DNA of 64,000 nucleotides, taken from the NCBI GenBank assembly GCA_905178155.1, contig CAJINV010000002.1, forward strand, positions 6,614,476 to 6,678,475, written 5' to 3'. The notes under the pieces were generated by a model that was given only the letters and a program-made list of their open reading frames with translations, did not search any database and had not been told where the DNA came from. This stretch comes from Amoebophrya sp. A120 (lineage: Eukaryota > Protista > Dinoflagellata). Positions 34,775 to 45,618 of the stretch are shown piece after piece (within the stretch, counting starts at the first letter, position 1; each line of letters begins with the position of its first letter). Made by a program: the position numbers and the translations under genes.

Positions 34775-36953
34775 GGAAGTAGTAGACAGCTCCACTTTGT
34801 AAATCGTAAATCTACAGAATAAAACAGAAAACAGAAACGAAGTTCATTTTAGCAGCAGCGTAATAGCGGACGGATTGATATCGTTTTTGAAGAGGAGCAC
34901 TGAAGGATTTGCTTTTCTCTTTTTGTTTTCTGGTCTGCAAGACAATGAACCAGAGCGAAGCCCGCGCATACTACTAGTACTAGAAGAATTCCATAACTCA
35001 CATTAAGCAAAAGCTTGCTACACTCACGCCAATTAAGCAAAAGCTTGCTTCAGCTTCTACAACAAATTCAGAGACAAGATTGGCTCCACGGATTAACTAT
35101 CGCAAATGTGACCGGCTCAAGGCTTTTCACGAACATTCAATGGTATATTTTTAGTTTGATCTCGTCCGTGCGCGTAATTTCGTTGTAACGATTTTGGGCG
35201 AAACTATTCTGGAGATTCCGTCTGTGACACGAGTCTGCTCTGCTCCAGTTTCTTGCTGGCATTACAAGAGTTGCGCGCACTATATTTATAAGCGACACAC
35301 TACATCAGCTTATGTCTACATCGCATTGATCAGCTTTGCTTTTGCACTATAGTCGAAGATGATAAGTCATTCAATGTATTGGCATTCTCTCTCTTTTACT
35401 TTTTCAAGAGTTTTCTGGTCGACCGTCCAACTTGAACTACTGGGTGCTTGGTCTTGATTGGGCTGGAAGAAGCAGGTCGCGCAGCAGTCCGCCAAAGGGC
35501 ACGCTGCTAACAGCACCATCATCATCGTGCTAAGTGCTAGTGGTCACACAGCTCTCCCTACTCTTTTTTCTGGATGTGATAACGGATTATGTCACTTTAA
35601 ACTACATCGGCGCTATGCATTTTTTTCCTCAGTTTTGATTTTGAAAATTTTCAACCGCGCGAATCTTAATCAAATCAAAGAAAAATAATACTTGCCGACA
35701 CGACGCAACTCGATGCATGTATGGAAGAACGAAAATCTAATCGCAACACGATGACACTCGCTGGTTTATCATGTTACTGGTCATCTGCTGATTTTTTTTT
35801 CATCTGTTTGTTTTGTCCGCGAAGCAACAGCTTCCTTTGCTATTTATCGCGAGAACGACACAAGACGGCAGCTTTTTTCTTTTGTAGGTATAAAAAACGC
35901 ATTTTTCATCGCTTACGGCGGAGCCTTTGTAAAGACTCGACGGAGTGGTCCTGCAGCAACACAGGACCACGGACTTAAGATTTGACTCTGTACTGGTGCA
36001 AGTACAAAAATCTATAAAACAAAGAATCACTGTGGTTTTTCAAAAAGTGGTGCTTTTAATATAGAAAGGGAAAGCGAAAAAGATATATCAAAGAAGATGC
36101 TTTCCTCTTGAATTTGTACTTCTATTTGTAAAGCTTAAGCTAGAGTGGTCTTCGTCTTTGCCTGGTTTTATGTGTCTCCTTGCGGTAATATTCGATGCCG
36201 TGCTTGCTGTGAAAAATTGGTCCACTCGGGCCCGCGTTCGTAAGAAAAGGAATTTGGTGTTTATTTGTTCTCTCTATTATTGTTTGATGCTATTTACTAG
36301 GTTCCTATTCCCTTCCGTTTATCATGTCCACGAACCGATTCGGCCTCGGAAAAATTCCCGTACTTGGACAGGATGAGAAAGTCGGTACGCATATCCTCTA
36401 CGGGAACACAATCGGCGTTTGGATCTGTTGTACTAAAGACGAGTTGGAGGTTCTCGTTCAGCAAAGTTTTCGTACTCGTGGGAATGACCTAAACTTTCGG
36501 TGGGGTACGACGTATGGCTTCATCGCATAGCATATTGTATTCTTCGTGCCTATTTTAGTCCAAAAGCGGACCACCAAAGAACTTCATCTCTGTGACACGA
36601 TCTCGATCTGCGTTCGCAATAAACAGCTAGAGTACGTGTGCTGGAGTTCTTACGCGCATCAAAAGATCCATGATTACCTGTGTCTATTTCGAAGGAAGGG
36701 GAAGATACAACCACGAGCTATTCCTGTTTGATTTATGTAGTTCTGTGCTAGACGCAAACGGATACGGATCCGGAAGGTGCTTCTAACTATCGGCTTCGAG
36801 ATCAAAATGTAAACAGTGAGGTCTATGGCTAGGAGCAGTACAGACGAGGTTTCGCACGCATATTTTTTTTCAAGTACAGAATTGCTAGTCTACTTGTGAC
36901 CATCTTTCCTTCAAAGTTTGTTTCGAGCTACCAATCTTCGCAAAACAAAAATT

Positions 36954-39900
36954 ATGAAAACCAAGGGCAAGGCCAGGACGAGCAGTCCAGCTGCGTCCTC
37001 TCCTCCTGCCAGCACGCAAAAGTTGCAGGACGACCTCTTCCTGCTTTTCGAAAAGGGGAGTCTCGCAGACCAAGCCGCAGCCTTGGTCGCGCTGGAAAAG
37101 ATTGGGGTAAAAAACTCTCCTACTGCTTCTCCGAAGATGAAAAGCAAGAGCAGCCCACAGAAGAATAATTCCCCGAAATTGACATCAACAACCGCGAGCA
37201 AGCCTCCCAGTGGAGCGACCGGACTGAAGGTCATTCTGAAACCCGGCCCGCGGGGAAGAAGCAAAGAACAACAGCAGGATGAAAAGAACAAAAAATCAAG
37301 TGCGAAGACGAGTACGCAAGTGCCAGCAGCTACGCCGAGCCCCACTGGGAAAGATCAGAAGCAAAAGGAACCAAATGCAAATAGCACAACATCATCCAAA
37401 ACTGGCAGCAGCAAGGTCCAGCCTGTCCTTTCCCCTGGGCAGGATCCCGAGGAGCTTCTGTTTCCAAATTTGAGCAAGAAGGAAGCGAACGATCGCTGGT
37501 ACAAGCACAGAAAATTCGCGGACGAAGGCAGTTGGGTTTGGTACAACGAACAATGGCGATGGAAGTTGCACAGCAGCAGCGCCATCGACACCCCAGGCAG
37601 CTCGATCAAAACCAGCTCGTTGAGCCCGGCGAAAGGAGGCGCGCCGCCGTCTGCATCACCAGTCGTGAAGGGGAGCCACAAGAAGCAAGAAGCAGAGCCT
37701 GGCAGGAAGGGGAGCAACTCATCTGGTGGAGGGGGAAAGCGACAGGTGGGGGAGTTCCTCATCGAGGAATCAGATGAAGATGGCGATGGCGCAGCCGAGG
37801 ATGCTGAGGCAGAGGACGACGACGAGGAGGAGGAAGAAGAGGAGGAGGATTTATGCAAGTTTGTAGTGTCACTGTCACAAGCATCATGCTTTGTCAATGC
37901 AACCGCACCTATAATTTGTCTGGGGTCTTTTTCGACGCGACCGTTTCCGTTTGCATTCTGGCGTCGCTCACAACTTTTTGGTGCACCAGTATTCATTGTT
38001 CTTGAAAATGACCTAGCAATAGCATAGCGCTTGTTACATGTTTCCATTCGATACCCTGACGAAGAAGATGAATATGAAGATTGCGAGGACGATGTGGACG
38101 CCGCGGAGGAGGAGGAGGAGGAGGAAGACGACGATGATGAAGGTATCAAATGCGACAGCGTCATGCGTATCAAAGCCTGTGCGATGTTGATGTACCATCA
38201 GGAGGTTTTTTTGCATTCACAACTGGTGTATTTGTCGTTGTATGAAGTCCAAATTCACACGGATTTGCATTTGCTATGGTCGTGTCACATCTTCATCAGT
38301 GGAAGTCAATGTTCATTCCGCTTCTGCTATGTATCTTGCCCTGCGGAGCACAAAGAAATAACCTCACAACTAGTACTAGCAAAACACACTCGACGCTGCT
38401 TTTCTCACACTCTATACTTGAAGAGGACGAGGAGGAGTCCGACGACGCAGCAGAGGACGCAGACAAGCCGATCACGGGATCCATCTTTGCAGCCAGTGGG
38501 AAAAACGCAAGCATTTTCGGGACGACGAGCAGCAGTATCCTGAACCCGTCCGGCAGTGGTGCAACCGGAGCGGGGTCCTTGTTTTCCTCTTCGGGGCCGG
38601 AGATCGGCATTGGGAAGCCATTGAATCTGTTCGGAGGTGGAGGCGGAGCAACATCATCTTCGGCATTCTCCTTTTCTACATCTCCTGAGAAAAAACCTGC
38701 AACACTGGATTTCAGCAACGCCTTCCCGGTGAACTATTCGCCACCGAAAAACCTTTTCGGGGGTGGGAGTCCAGTGCAGCAGCCTGCCAGCGGCAGCGAC
38801 ACGGTTGCTTCCGGTTCAGGTACTAGCTCCAGTTCAGCAGCAGGAAATAAACTCACCAGTCCGCTCTTTTCGTTTGCTTTACCGCCCACAACGGCCAAGA
38901 AAGATAACGAAGCAGCACTAGGTAGGAAGGATGGTAAATCGAAGGAGGCAACTTGTAAAGCGAAAACAAACAGTCCGAAATCCAGCGGTATTAAGGCAAG
39001 AGGTGCCGATCCAGAAGTTTCCGCATTGCATTCTGAGCTGGCTCGGGATGGCGGAGGTGGAGTACAAGAACCAGCAGTAGTAACAGGGGCGTCGGCAAAG
39101 AAAAATCCGCTGAAGCCTCTTCCCAAACGCCAAGCTGATTTTCCCGCGCCGCGGACGTCGGACACGAGCACGAGTAGCAATGCGACTTCTTTGTTCTCGA
39201 ACATCACTGTTGGAACGGCCACGACCAGTAGGAGTGCTGCGCCAGCACAGGGGGAAGCGAAGAAGGATCATCAGCAACCGACCACAGCTGCGTTTTCACC
39301 ACCTGCATCTCCACCCAACGATGAAACAGCAGAAGATGCGCCGGTAGTGCTCGCTTTCGGGGGCGCGATTCGAAACCAGATGAAGTCGGTTTTTGGCGAC
39401 CGGCCGGTCTTTTACAGCGAGCAGGAGAAGGAAAAAATCAATAACGAGGTTTCGAAGGAACGAAAACCGGTCATCTTGACGAGGAGAAAAGATGATAGCA
39501 GCGGATTCGGGACAAGCCCCCTGACTGTGTTTGGGCAAGCGATCAAGGCAGAGAACAGTACAGAAGAGGAAGAGAAGCAAGAAATCGAACAGTTTTTGAA
39601 GCACGAAAAACTGCGACTTGGGCCGCTTTGGGGCAGGAACGATTGCGTCCATTCGTTTTCCGCATACAAGACCTTTGCGCAGAACATTCGTGTGAACCTA
39701 CTCGCTTTGTCGTTCGACCATGAGAACACTACGGCAGCTGCAGCTTCACACTCAAAGGAGACATCCCAGGTCTCGAATTTATTTTTCCTTGGTTTTCAAT
39801 CTGAATTTTCGCACATCATGTGTAGCACGTCGTTACACGGCGGCTCTTTTTCCACCAGCAGGACTTTCTCTACTATGTGATTTCGATCAGAAAATCAGGA

Positions 39901-41213
39901 TCAGGAAGATAATAAACCCAAAACAGGCTCTCCCCGCCGCCTCTCCCATTTTTAAACCTACCAGCCGAAGAAGGAGGGAGAACCCGAATTCCGTCCAGTT
40001 TGTCAACTACTTTGCCGTCCCGGGAGTCAGGACCAGCTCTTCCCTGGTCTCCTCTCCTGCCTCAGCGCGCAGTCAGAGCCCTTTGGACGGAGAATCCGCG
40101 CTGCCCAGTGTGAAGTTTCAAGAACGGCTAGAACAATTTTTCAAGCACGAGGCCATGACTGCAGATCTTCACTTCGCAGACTCGACATGTGATGAAAAAG
40201 ACGACTCCACTTCACTGGGCGTTTTCGGAGGCTTACCATCCGCAACAGCATCAAAACCACGAGCGACTCGTCGTTCCATTTCAACTCTCCCCCTCCCAAC
40301 GCGGCTCTACACGGAAGCCCGGTGGTTCCCATTTCTCGCCACTTTGCTTTCCGAAGACGAGGTGTTGCAGATCTCCCGGCACATCTGCTTTTCCCTGCTC
40401 CCGGGCTACTACGAGGACAGCGACAACCACTTGGCGGAAACCGCGGACAGCTTTCTGTTGTGGGCCTGTTTGGAAAAGTGGTTCGTGAAGAAACTTTTCG
40501 CCCAGGAACTTCCCGAATCGAGGCGGAAGCAGTTGAAGCTCACCACGCTCGCGTGGAGTAACAAGATTTTCAGCCACCTTGCGATTGGGTTTCTACCGCT
40601 GTCGAAAATAGAACACTTTTTGAAGGGCTTTCTACTGCACGGCGTGCACTGGTTGTTTCAGTTTTGCATCGCTTATGTCGAGGAACTTTACAAGGTGGTG
40701 ATGGCAGGAGCCCCCAGGCGTAATGACGCTGCAGCATCATTCTTCACCCGCCCGGACGTCTTGCAGCTTCTCCGGAACGAGGATGTGCGGCACAGCGGAA
40801 AGCAGAATCGGGCGGTCAAAAATTTCGGAAACGAAAAGCACGGCTCAGCCTCTTCTTCACACCGCATCGCGTTTTCGTGGGACACGGTGCTCAACAAGGC
40901 GGGAACCATTGACAACAACTTCAAAAACAGCTTCGACATTGACAGTTTTTGCGAGGAGCATTTCGACGGCCTGAATTTGCGAAAGTTGCGGGAAAAGGAG
41001 CTAGGGAACTTGAAACTGGAAATCGAGGAACAGGAGCGACTGAACAGGAGAAGCTTGGTTTCGGAGAGCGGTGTGGGAGTCAGCGTGCGGAAGGAGCCCT
41101 CTGCTGGTGGATCGCCGTTACAGGACGTGAGCTCCATTGGAAGCTCGTGCTTCACTGCGTCGAGTAGCAGCAGTAGTAGCTCGGAGGAGGAAGAGTTGTC
41201 CTCGGGTTCATAG
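36954..41213 (+). CDS. Rab-GAP TBC-like domain protein, join(36954..37851,38059..38142,38424..39769,39891..41213), ~1216 aa
   Basis: Exons join in frame (3651 nt). LLPGYY..., FLPLSKIEHFLKGFLLHGVHWLFQFCIAY resemble TBC C-terminal helices. Long low-complexity/acidic N-terminus. Confidence 0.55.
37852..38053. mobile_element. Highly decayed introner-like intron
   Basis: TAT...ATA ends interrupt a poly-acidic tract. Frame is restored by removing element + 5 nt. TIR and TSD barely recognisable. Confidence 0.5.
38143..38423 (+). other. GT-AG intron with introner remnants (TGAAG direct repeat, residual inverted repeat)
   Basis: TGAAG at 38138-38142 and 38419-38423. gtatcaaatgcgacagcgtc pairs weakly with gacgctg..tatac. 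Confidence 0.6.
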
Positions 41214-41639
41214 GCGTAGTTGTAGACTTTCGTAGGAGCAGGACCATAATATCGCGACTTATGATGGTGTGCACAGACAGGAGCATATTCATAGACAGTT
41301 TCAGTTTCTTTTTCTTGAACATTCACCCGCCACGTTTTGGAACTAACCGTGTGTGGACTTACAGGTGGGGTGTGAGTCAAGTTTAAAGATGCAGGCTCGC
41401 TGATCATTGGTCCTTTGGACTACAACACACTGGACAGCATTTACCTATATTCACATTTTGGACAAAATCAAAGAAAAGCAGGTAATAGCAACAAAGTAAT
41501 TTGAGTCTTCAACCGTCAACATCTGGTTTCTGTACCCTGTTGCGCCGATTGTGTTCGCGGATGTCGGTTTTGCGTATTTTGATCTCTGCGCCACCTTTTG
41601 GCTTTGTGTACTGATCTCTGCGGGCGGGACCCTGAAGAT

Positions 41640-42860
41640 TGTCGCCACTGGTTGCTATGTTTGTGCTTCGCTTATCAGCAGTCGCCTGCCCGCGTGGCAA
41701 GCTTTCACGGGCGGGCGCTCTGCCAGGAAGCTGCGCGCAGCCCCCCGGGAGCCGCGCTTTGTGGTAGCGGCTGCGCGGGGCCGGGACTCGGTTGAGAAGT
41801 TCAGCCCAGTCGCATACTTGGGCAACTACCGCAAGAAGCCAGAGCAGCAGGCTGGCCGTTGCGATATTCGGATCAAGCGAAACGAGCAAGAGACTGCCGG
41901 TCGCTTGGGCGTGGCGCGTCGCGCTGTGCTTTGATCACGACCTTTCGCACTGCCGGGGCGGAAGCTCATACGACCGTGGTGGGCGATATGCGGCTCAACA
42001 GTATGACAATGCCTGACATCCATGGCGCGCCCGGGCGGGTGGTCCGCCTCGTGGGTGCCTGTCCGCCCTCGCGGGAGCGGGCGCGGCGAGGCGGGGCCGG
42101 CCGCGGCCACTTGTAGGCTTTCCACTTTCAGCCCTTCCGCTGCCCCTTCGAACCACGGAAATGGCCGCCGGTGTGAACAAGGCCCGCCCGCCGCGGGTCT
42201 CCGGGCCGAGATTGCAAAGCGGGCCCGGGCCGAGGGTGCCGCGGTTTCGCCGATGTGGCGGACGGAGGCCCAGCGCCAGGCAGGCTCGAGCGTGATAGAT
42301 TTCGCAGACTGCGGCGAGGCTGCAGGCAGCGAATTGGCCAGGTACTTCCACAGTAACAGGCCGGCGATCCTCGTGCAAAAGTGACTCCGGGGGGGAGCTG
42401 GGTCGGGCCAGCCACCGGGCGGGCCCGCCGGCGGGGCGAGGCCGTGCGCGGTCCGCAGGGAAGTGGCCAAGTGGCCGCCGTGTGTGTGTGTGTGTTTGCC
42501 CGTGTTGGGGGGGGCGCGCGGCCCGTGCGGTCCGCGGCCGCAAAAAGCCCGGGTGGGTGCGCGGGCCCGTCGCGGGCCCTAGCGGTCGGTGGGCCCGCTG
42601 GCTCGCTCCCCAACCCTCGTTGCCCGTTACGTACCGAGGCGCCCGGACTTGTTTGAACATCTGACGTTGGAGCCGGTGTTGCCCTTGCCTTTTTCCTATG
42701 CGGTCCGGCCCGGCCGTTCGTTGCTTGGTTGTGGTATGCTCGCTCCTTTGGTCTGCTTGCGCGCCGGCGCTGCGAGTGATAGATCTGGCACAGCACAGGC
42801 ATCGGCTCGAACCGCATTCGCCGAAATAGGGCGCAGTAATGTGTTTTAGGGATGGGCCGC
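41640..42860. other. GC-rich intergenic island, possibly a decayed transposon
   Basis: Same texture as 25.6-30.5 kb. No credible ORF. Boundaries approximate. Confidence 0.35.
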
Positions 42861-43209
42861 AGGCTCATGGTCATGCTTCCTGTGTGTCTTTCTCGTGCTC
42901 GCCGTTCTTTTTATAGAATTTCAATTTTGTCGCGGCGCCATGAATTCTTTTCGATTGACGGAGCGCCTACTTGAGCACCAAGCTTATATCAGTGCTTGTA
43001 GGTGTATTGCCGAGGAGAGACACGAATATGCATCGATATTTGTGTACTACACGAACGCTACTGGCTACAAAACTTTTTTGACTGCAGTGAACACAACATC
43101 GACGAGCCAAAACTTACCCGCCACCGCATTAGGGCGTTCTGAGAAGAGGACGACAACAACAACAAGTTTGACAAGTAGCTTGCCCTCGTCTCAGAGAGGA
43201 AGCAAAAAA

Positions 43210-44748
43210 ATGTCGTCGCCACCGCGTCACCCTGCTGGCGGTGCAAAAATGAGAAAGAATGCCACACTTTCGTCTTCCGCTGATGAAGATGCGAAGTCCA
43301 AGCCATCATCATCCAATTCGCAACAGCAAGAGCAGCTCGTTGCAACGACTTCCGCCACGAGGACCACACCACCTGCCACGACGAAGACTAGTCCGTCCCC
43401 TCCACCAGTCCTAGGCACGTCTCCTACCCTCACGAAGCGCATTCGCAATTGGCTGAAGCCCCTTCTTCAACGGCTGGACAGCGGGCAGCTCGCCACCCTC
43501 GGCGTTTTAGGCGTTGCGTTTGTCCTCGCACTGATCTTCATCTTCGTCGCCGGGCCGTTACCGCTGCACCCGGCCAATAAGTACCGGACCCCCCCCTGGA
43601 AGTGGTATCGCTTCGAAAAATGCAAGTTGGTAGATTCCGGCAGGAAAGCCGACCGAAACGACGGGGATAGCTTCTACGTCGAGTGTCCAAAGCAGCATGT
43701 TATCCCGATCGGAGATGAGCCGTCAACATCTTCAGGTGAACCTTCATCGGCCGCGGCCAGTACTTCTCCGGGAACTACAACGGGGCCAAATAAAGACACG
43801 GCGGCGAACAGCAAAGGAAAGAAGATGGGCCTCAAGACCGAGCTGCGGCTCTACTACGTCGACGCGCCCGAGAGCAAGTACAAGGTGTACCGGCACGCCT
43901 CGCAGAACAACGGGAAACGGCTGCAGGATCAGGCGAACTATTTTGCGATTTCCAAACCCTTTGACCCCTCGCTGGAAAACAGCCGGGCGGACCGGTTTTT
44001 GAAGGCCGAAGACGAGGGCCGGGTCTCCGCGTACCATGTGGGGGACGAAAAAATACCGGCCGTTTCGGTGATCGGCCGGTGGGCGAAGTCATACACCCGG
44101 GCGAGGCTGAAGATCCTATGCATTGCAAAAGTACCACTGCATCGTCCTCGGCGTACTAGTAATTGCAACCGTGCATGTTGTTCTGCTTTTTAACACTATA
44201 TCTGGATGGCAAGCTGCTTTTTTGTTGTAGAAGTGTATGCAATTTGCAATTGCATAAGTGCGTCGTCGTGTGCGATACAAAAATACTTTTGCAGTGCATA
44301 GATCCTTGCGGAGAACAGTTTCATTGTTTGGACGATGAAAGAACTTGTGTACGGCGACCCGGACAGAATGTATGGATTGGTAGAATTCAAACCAGAAATC
44401 GGCTCTTTGAAGGAAACTCTCATCTCGCCGTTCCTGCGGGAATCAGATAGAAACTCTGTCGCGAAACTCGGCCCCGAGATCCACCGCTTTCTGCACCGGG
44501 AGTTGGTAACCAATGGCTTCGTCCGCCTCCGGCAGACGAAAGGCCCGGGCGTGGAGTTTCCCTTCCCGGGAGAGATAGACGTGAGTGAGGAGCAGTTTCT
44601 GGCTCTGCTGGAGGAGCAGGCGAAGGAGAGTAAGTACGGTGGCTGGAATACGGGGTTTGAGCACGGGGTTGGAACGAGGAGGGCAAGAAGCGGGAAGGAA
44701 GACGGGGGATCGTGGTGGAGTGGGGGCGGGATAAGCTCTTCGAGATGA
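43210..44748 (+). CDS. Membrane-anchored staphylococcal-nuclease (thermonuclease) family protein, join(43210..44116,44306..44748), ~449 aa
   Basis: NDGDSF, RLYYVDAPES, DRMYGLV, ELVTNGFVR and LEEQAKESKYGGW follow the SNase motif order. TM helix LATLGVLGVAFVLALIFIFVAG. Confidence 0.82.
44117..44300. mobile_element. Introner family A, TSD GATCC
   Basis: tatgcattgcaaaagta ... tacttttgcagtgcata. Removal gives LKILAENSFIVWTMK. Confidence 0.9.
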
Positions 44749-45618
44749 AAAGTGACCCTGCCCTTCAGCGCGTGCACGTCTTCAATTTCACGACCTTGTT
44801 TAGATTGTAAGTGGACGAATGCCATTATTAATGATCGCGCGGCAGGCTCAGACACGAATTGAAGTGGAACAAATAATAAAGTGTAGTTGAAGCACGCAGA
44901 GCCAGGTAGAAACGTCAGGCCATGAAAACATTGTTCTACGATATTTTTTGTGTTCGATGAGAGCAAGAGTGGCACGCATACGCATGTCAAGAACCTTGTC
45001 GGTGATTTTTTTTCCTCCAAGCATGGTGATGTTCTTGTGATTCGAGAGGAGAGTTAGAAGTCGGTCGCACCACGGATCCTATTTGTGTCATTGCCTTTTT
45101 TGCCTTCTGTCTGTCAACTGATCTCTTGCCCATACAGCACGTCGCATCAAAAGCTACCACTTATTGCGGAAATTGAAAAAATAAATCAACCGTTGCAGCC
45201 AGAAGTGTGTTGCCCCAACACTCTTGTTTGCCACGTATCACAACAAGTGTGCTTTGTAGTTTTTATCAGCAAACTCTCCAATTGGTATCTTATCTATTGC
45301 AACTTTTTGTAGACAGTACTGTATGATTTTTTTGACATAAGGACCCTACCAAGCAAATCCAAGATTTGTCTTCGTGGTTCATCTTCATTGATGTTTTGCA
45401 GCACTTGATAGTAGTACCTTTATACAACACCCTTCCTCAGTAGAGCCTAGCTTTTGAAGATCTCTGTAGAACCATATTGACGTTTTGGTTTTCCTTTTCG
45501 TTTTTTGTACTCTTCATAAAGCCTTTTCTCACCACAAACTTCACTTTCACCTTTTCTCACCTTCGTCTACCCTCCCTAAATGGAATGCTAAGAAAAGCTA
45601 CCGCTTCAGCTTCCAGCC

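Noticed and set aside
35110-35125. ggctcaag as a dinoflagellate spliced-leader relic
   Set aside because: Only 8 nt match, with no upstream CCGTAGCCATTTT. Expected by chance.
36324-36731. Short ORFs 36324 and 36546 as a gene
   Set aside because: No motif and no consistent join. Could be a fragment but unsupported.
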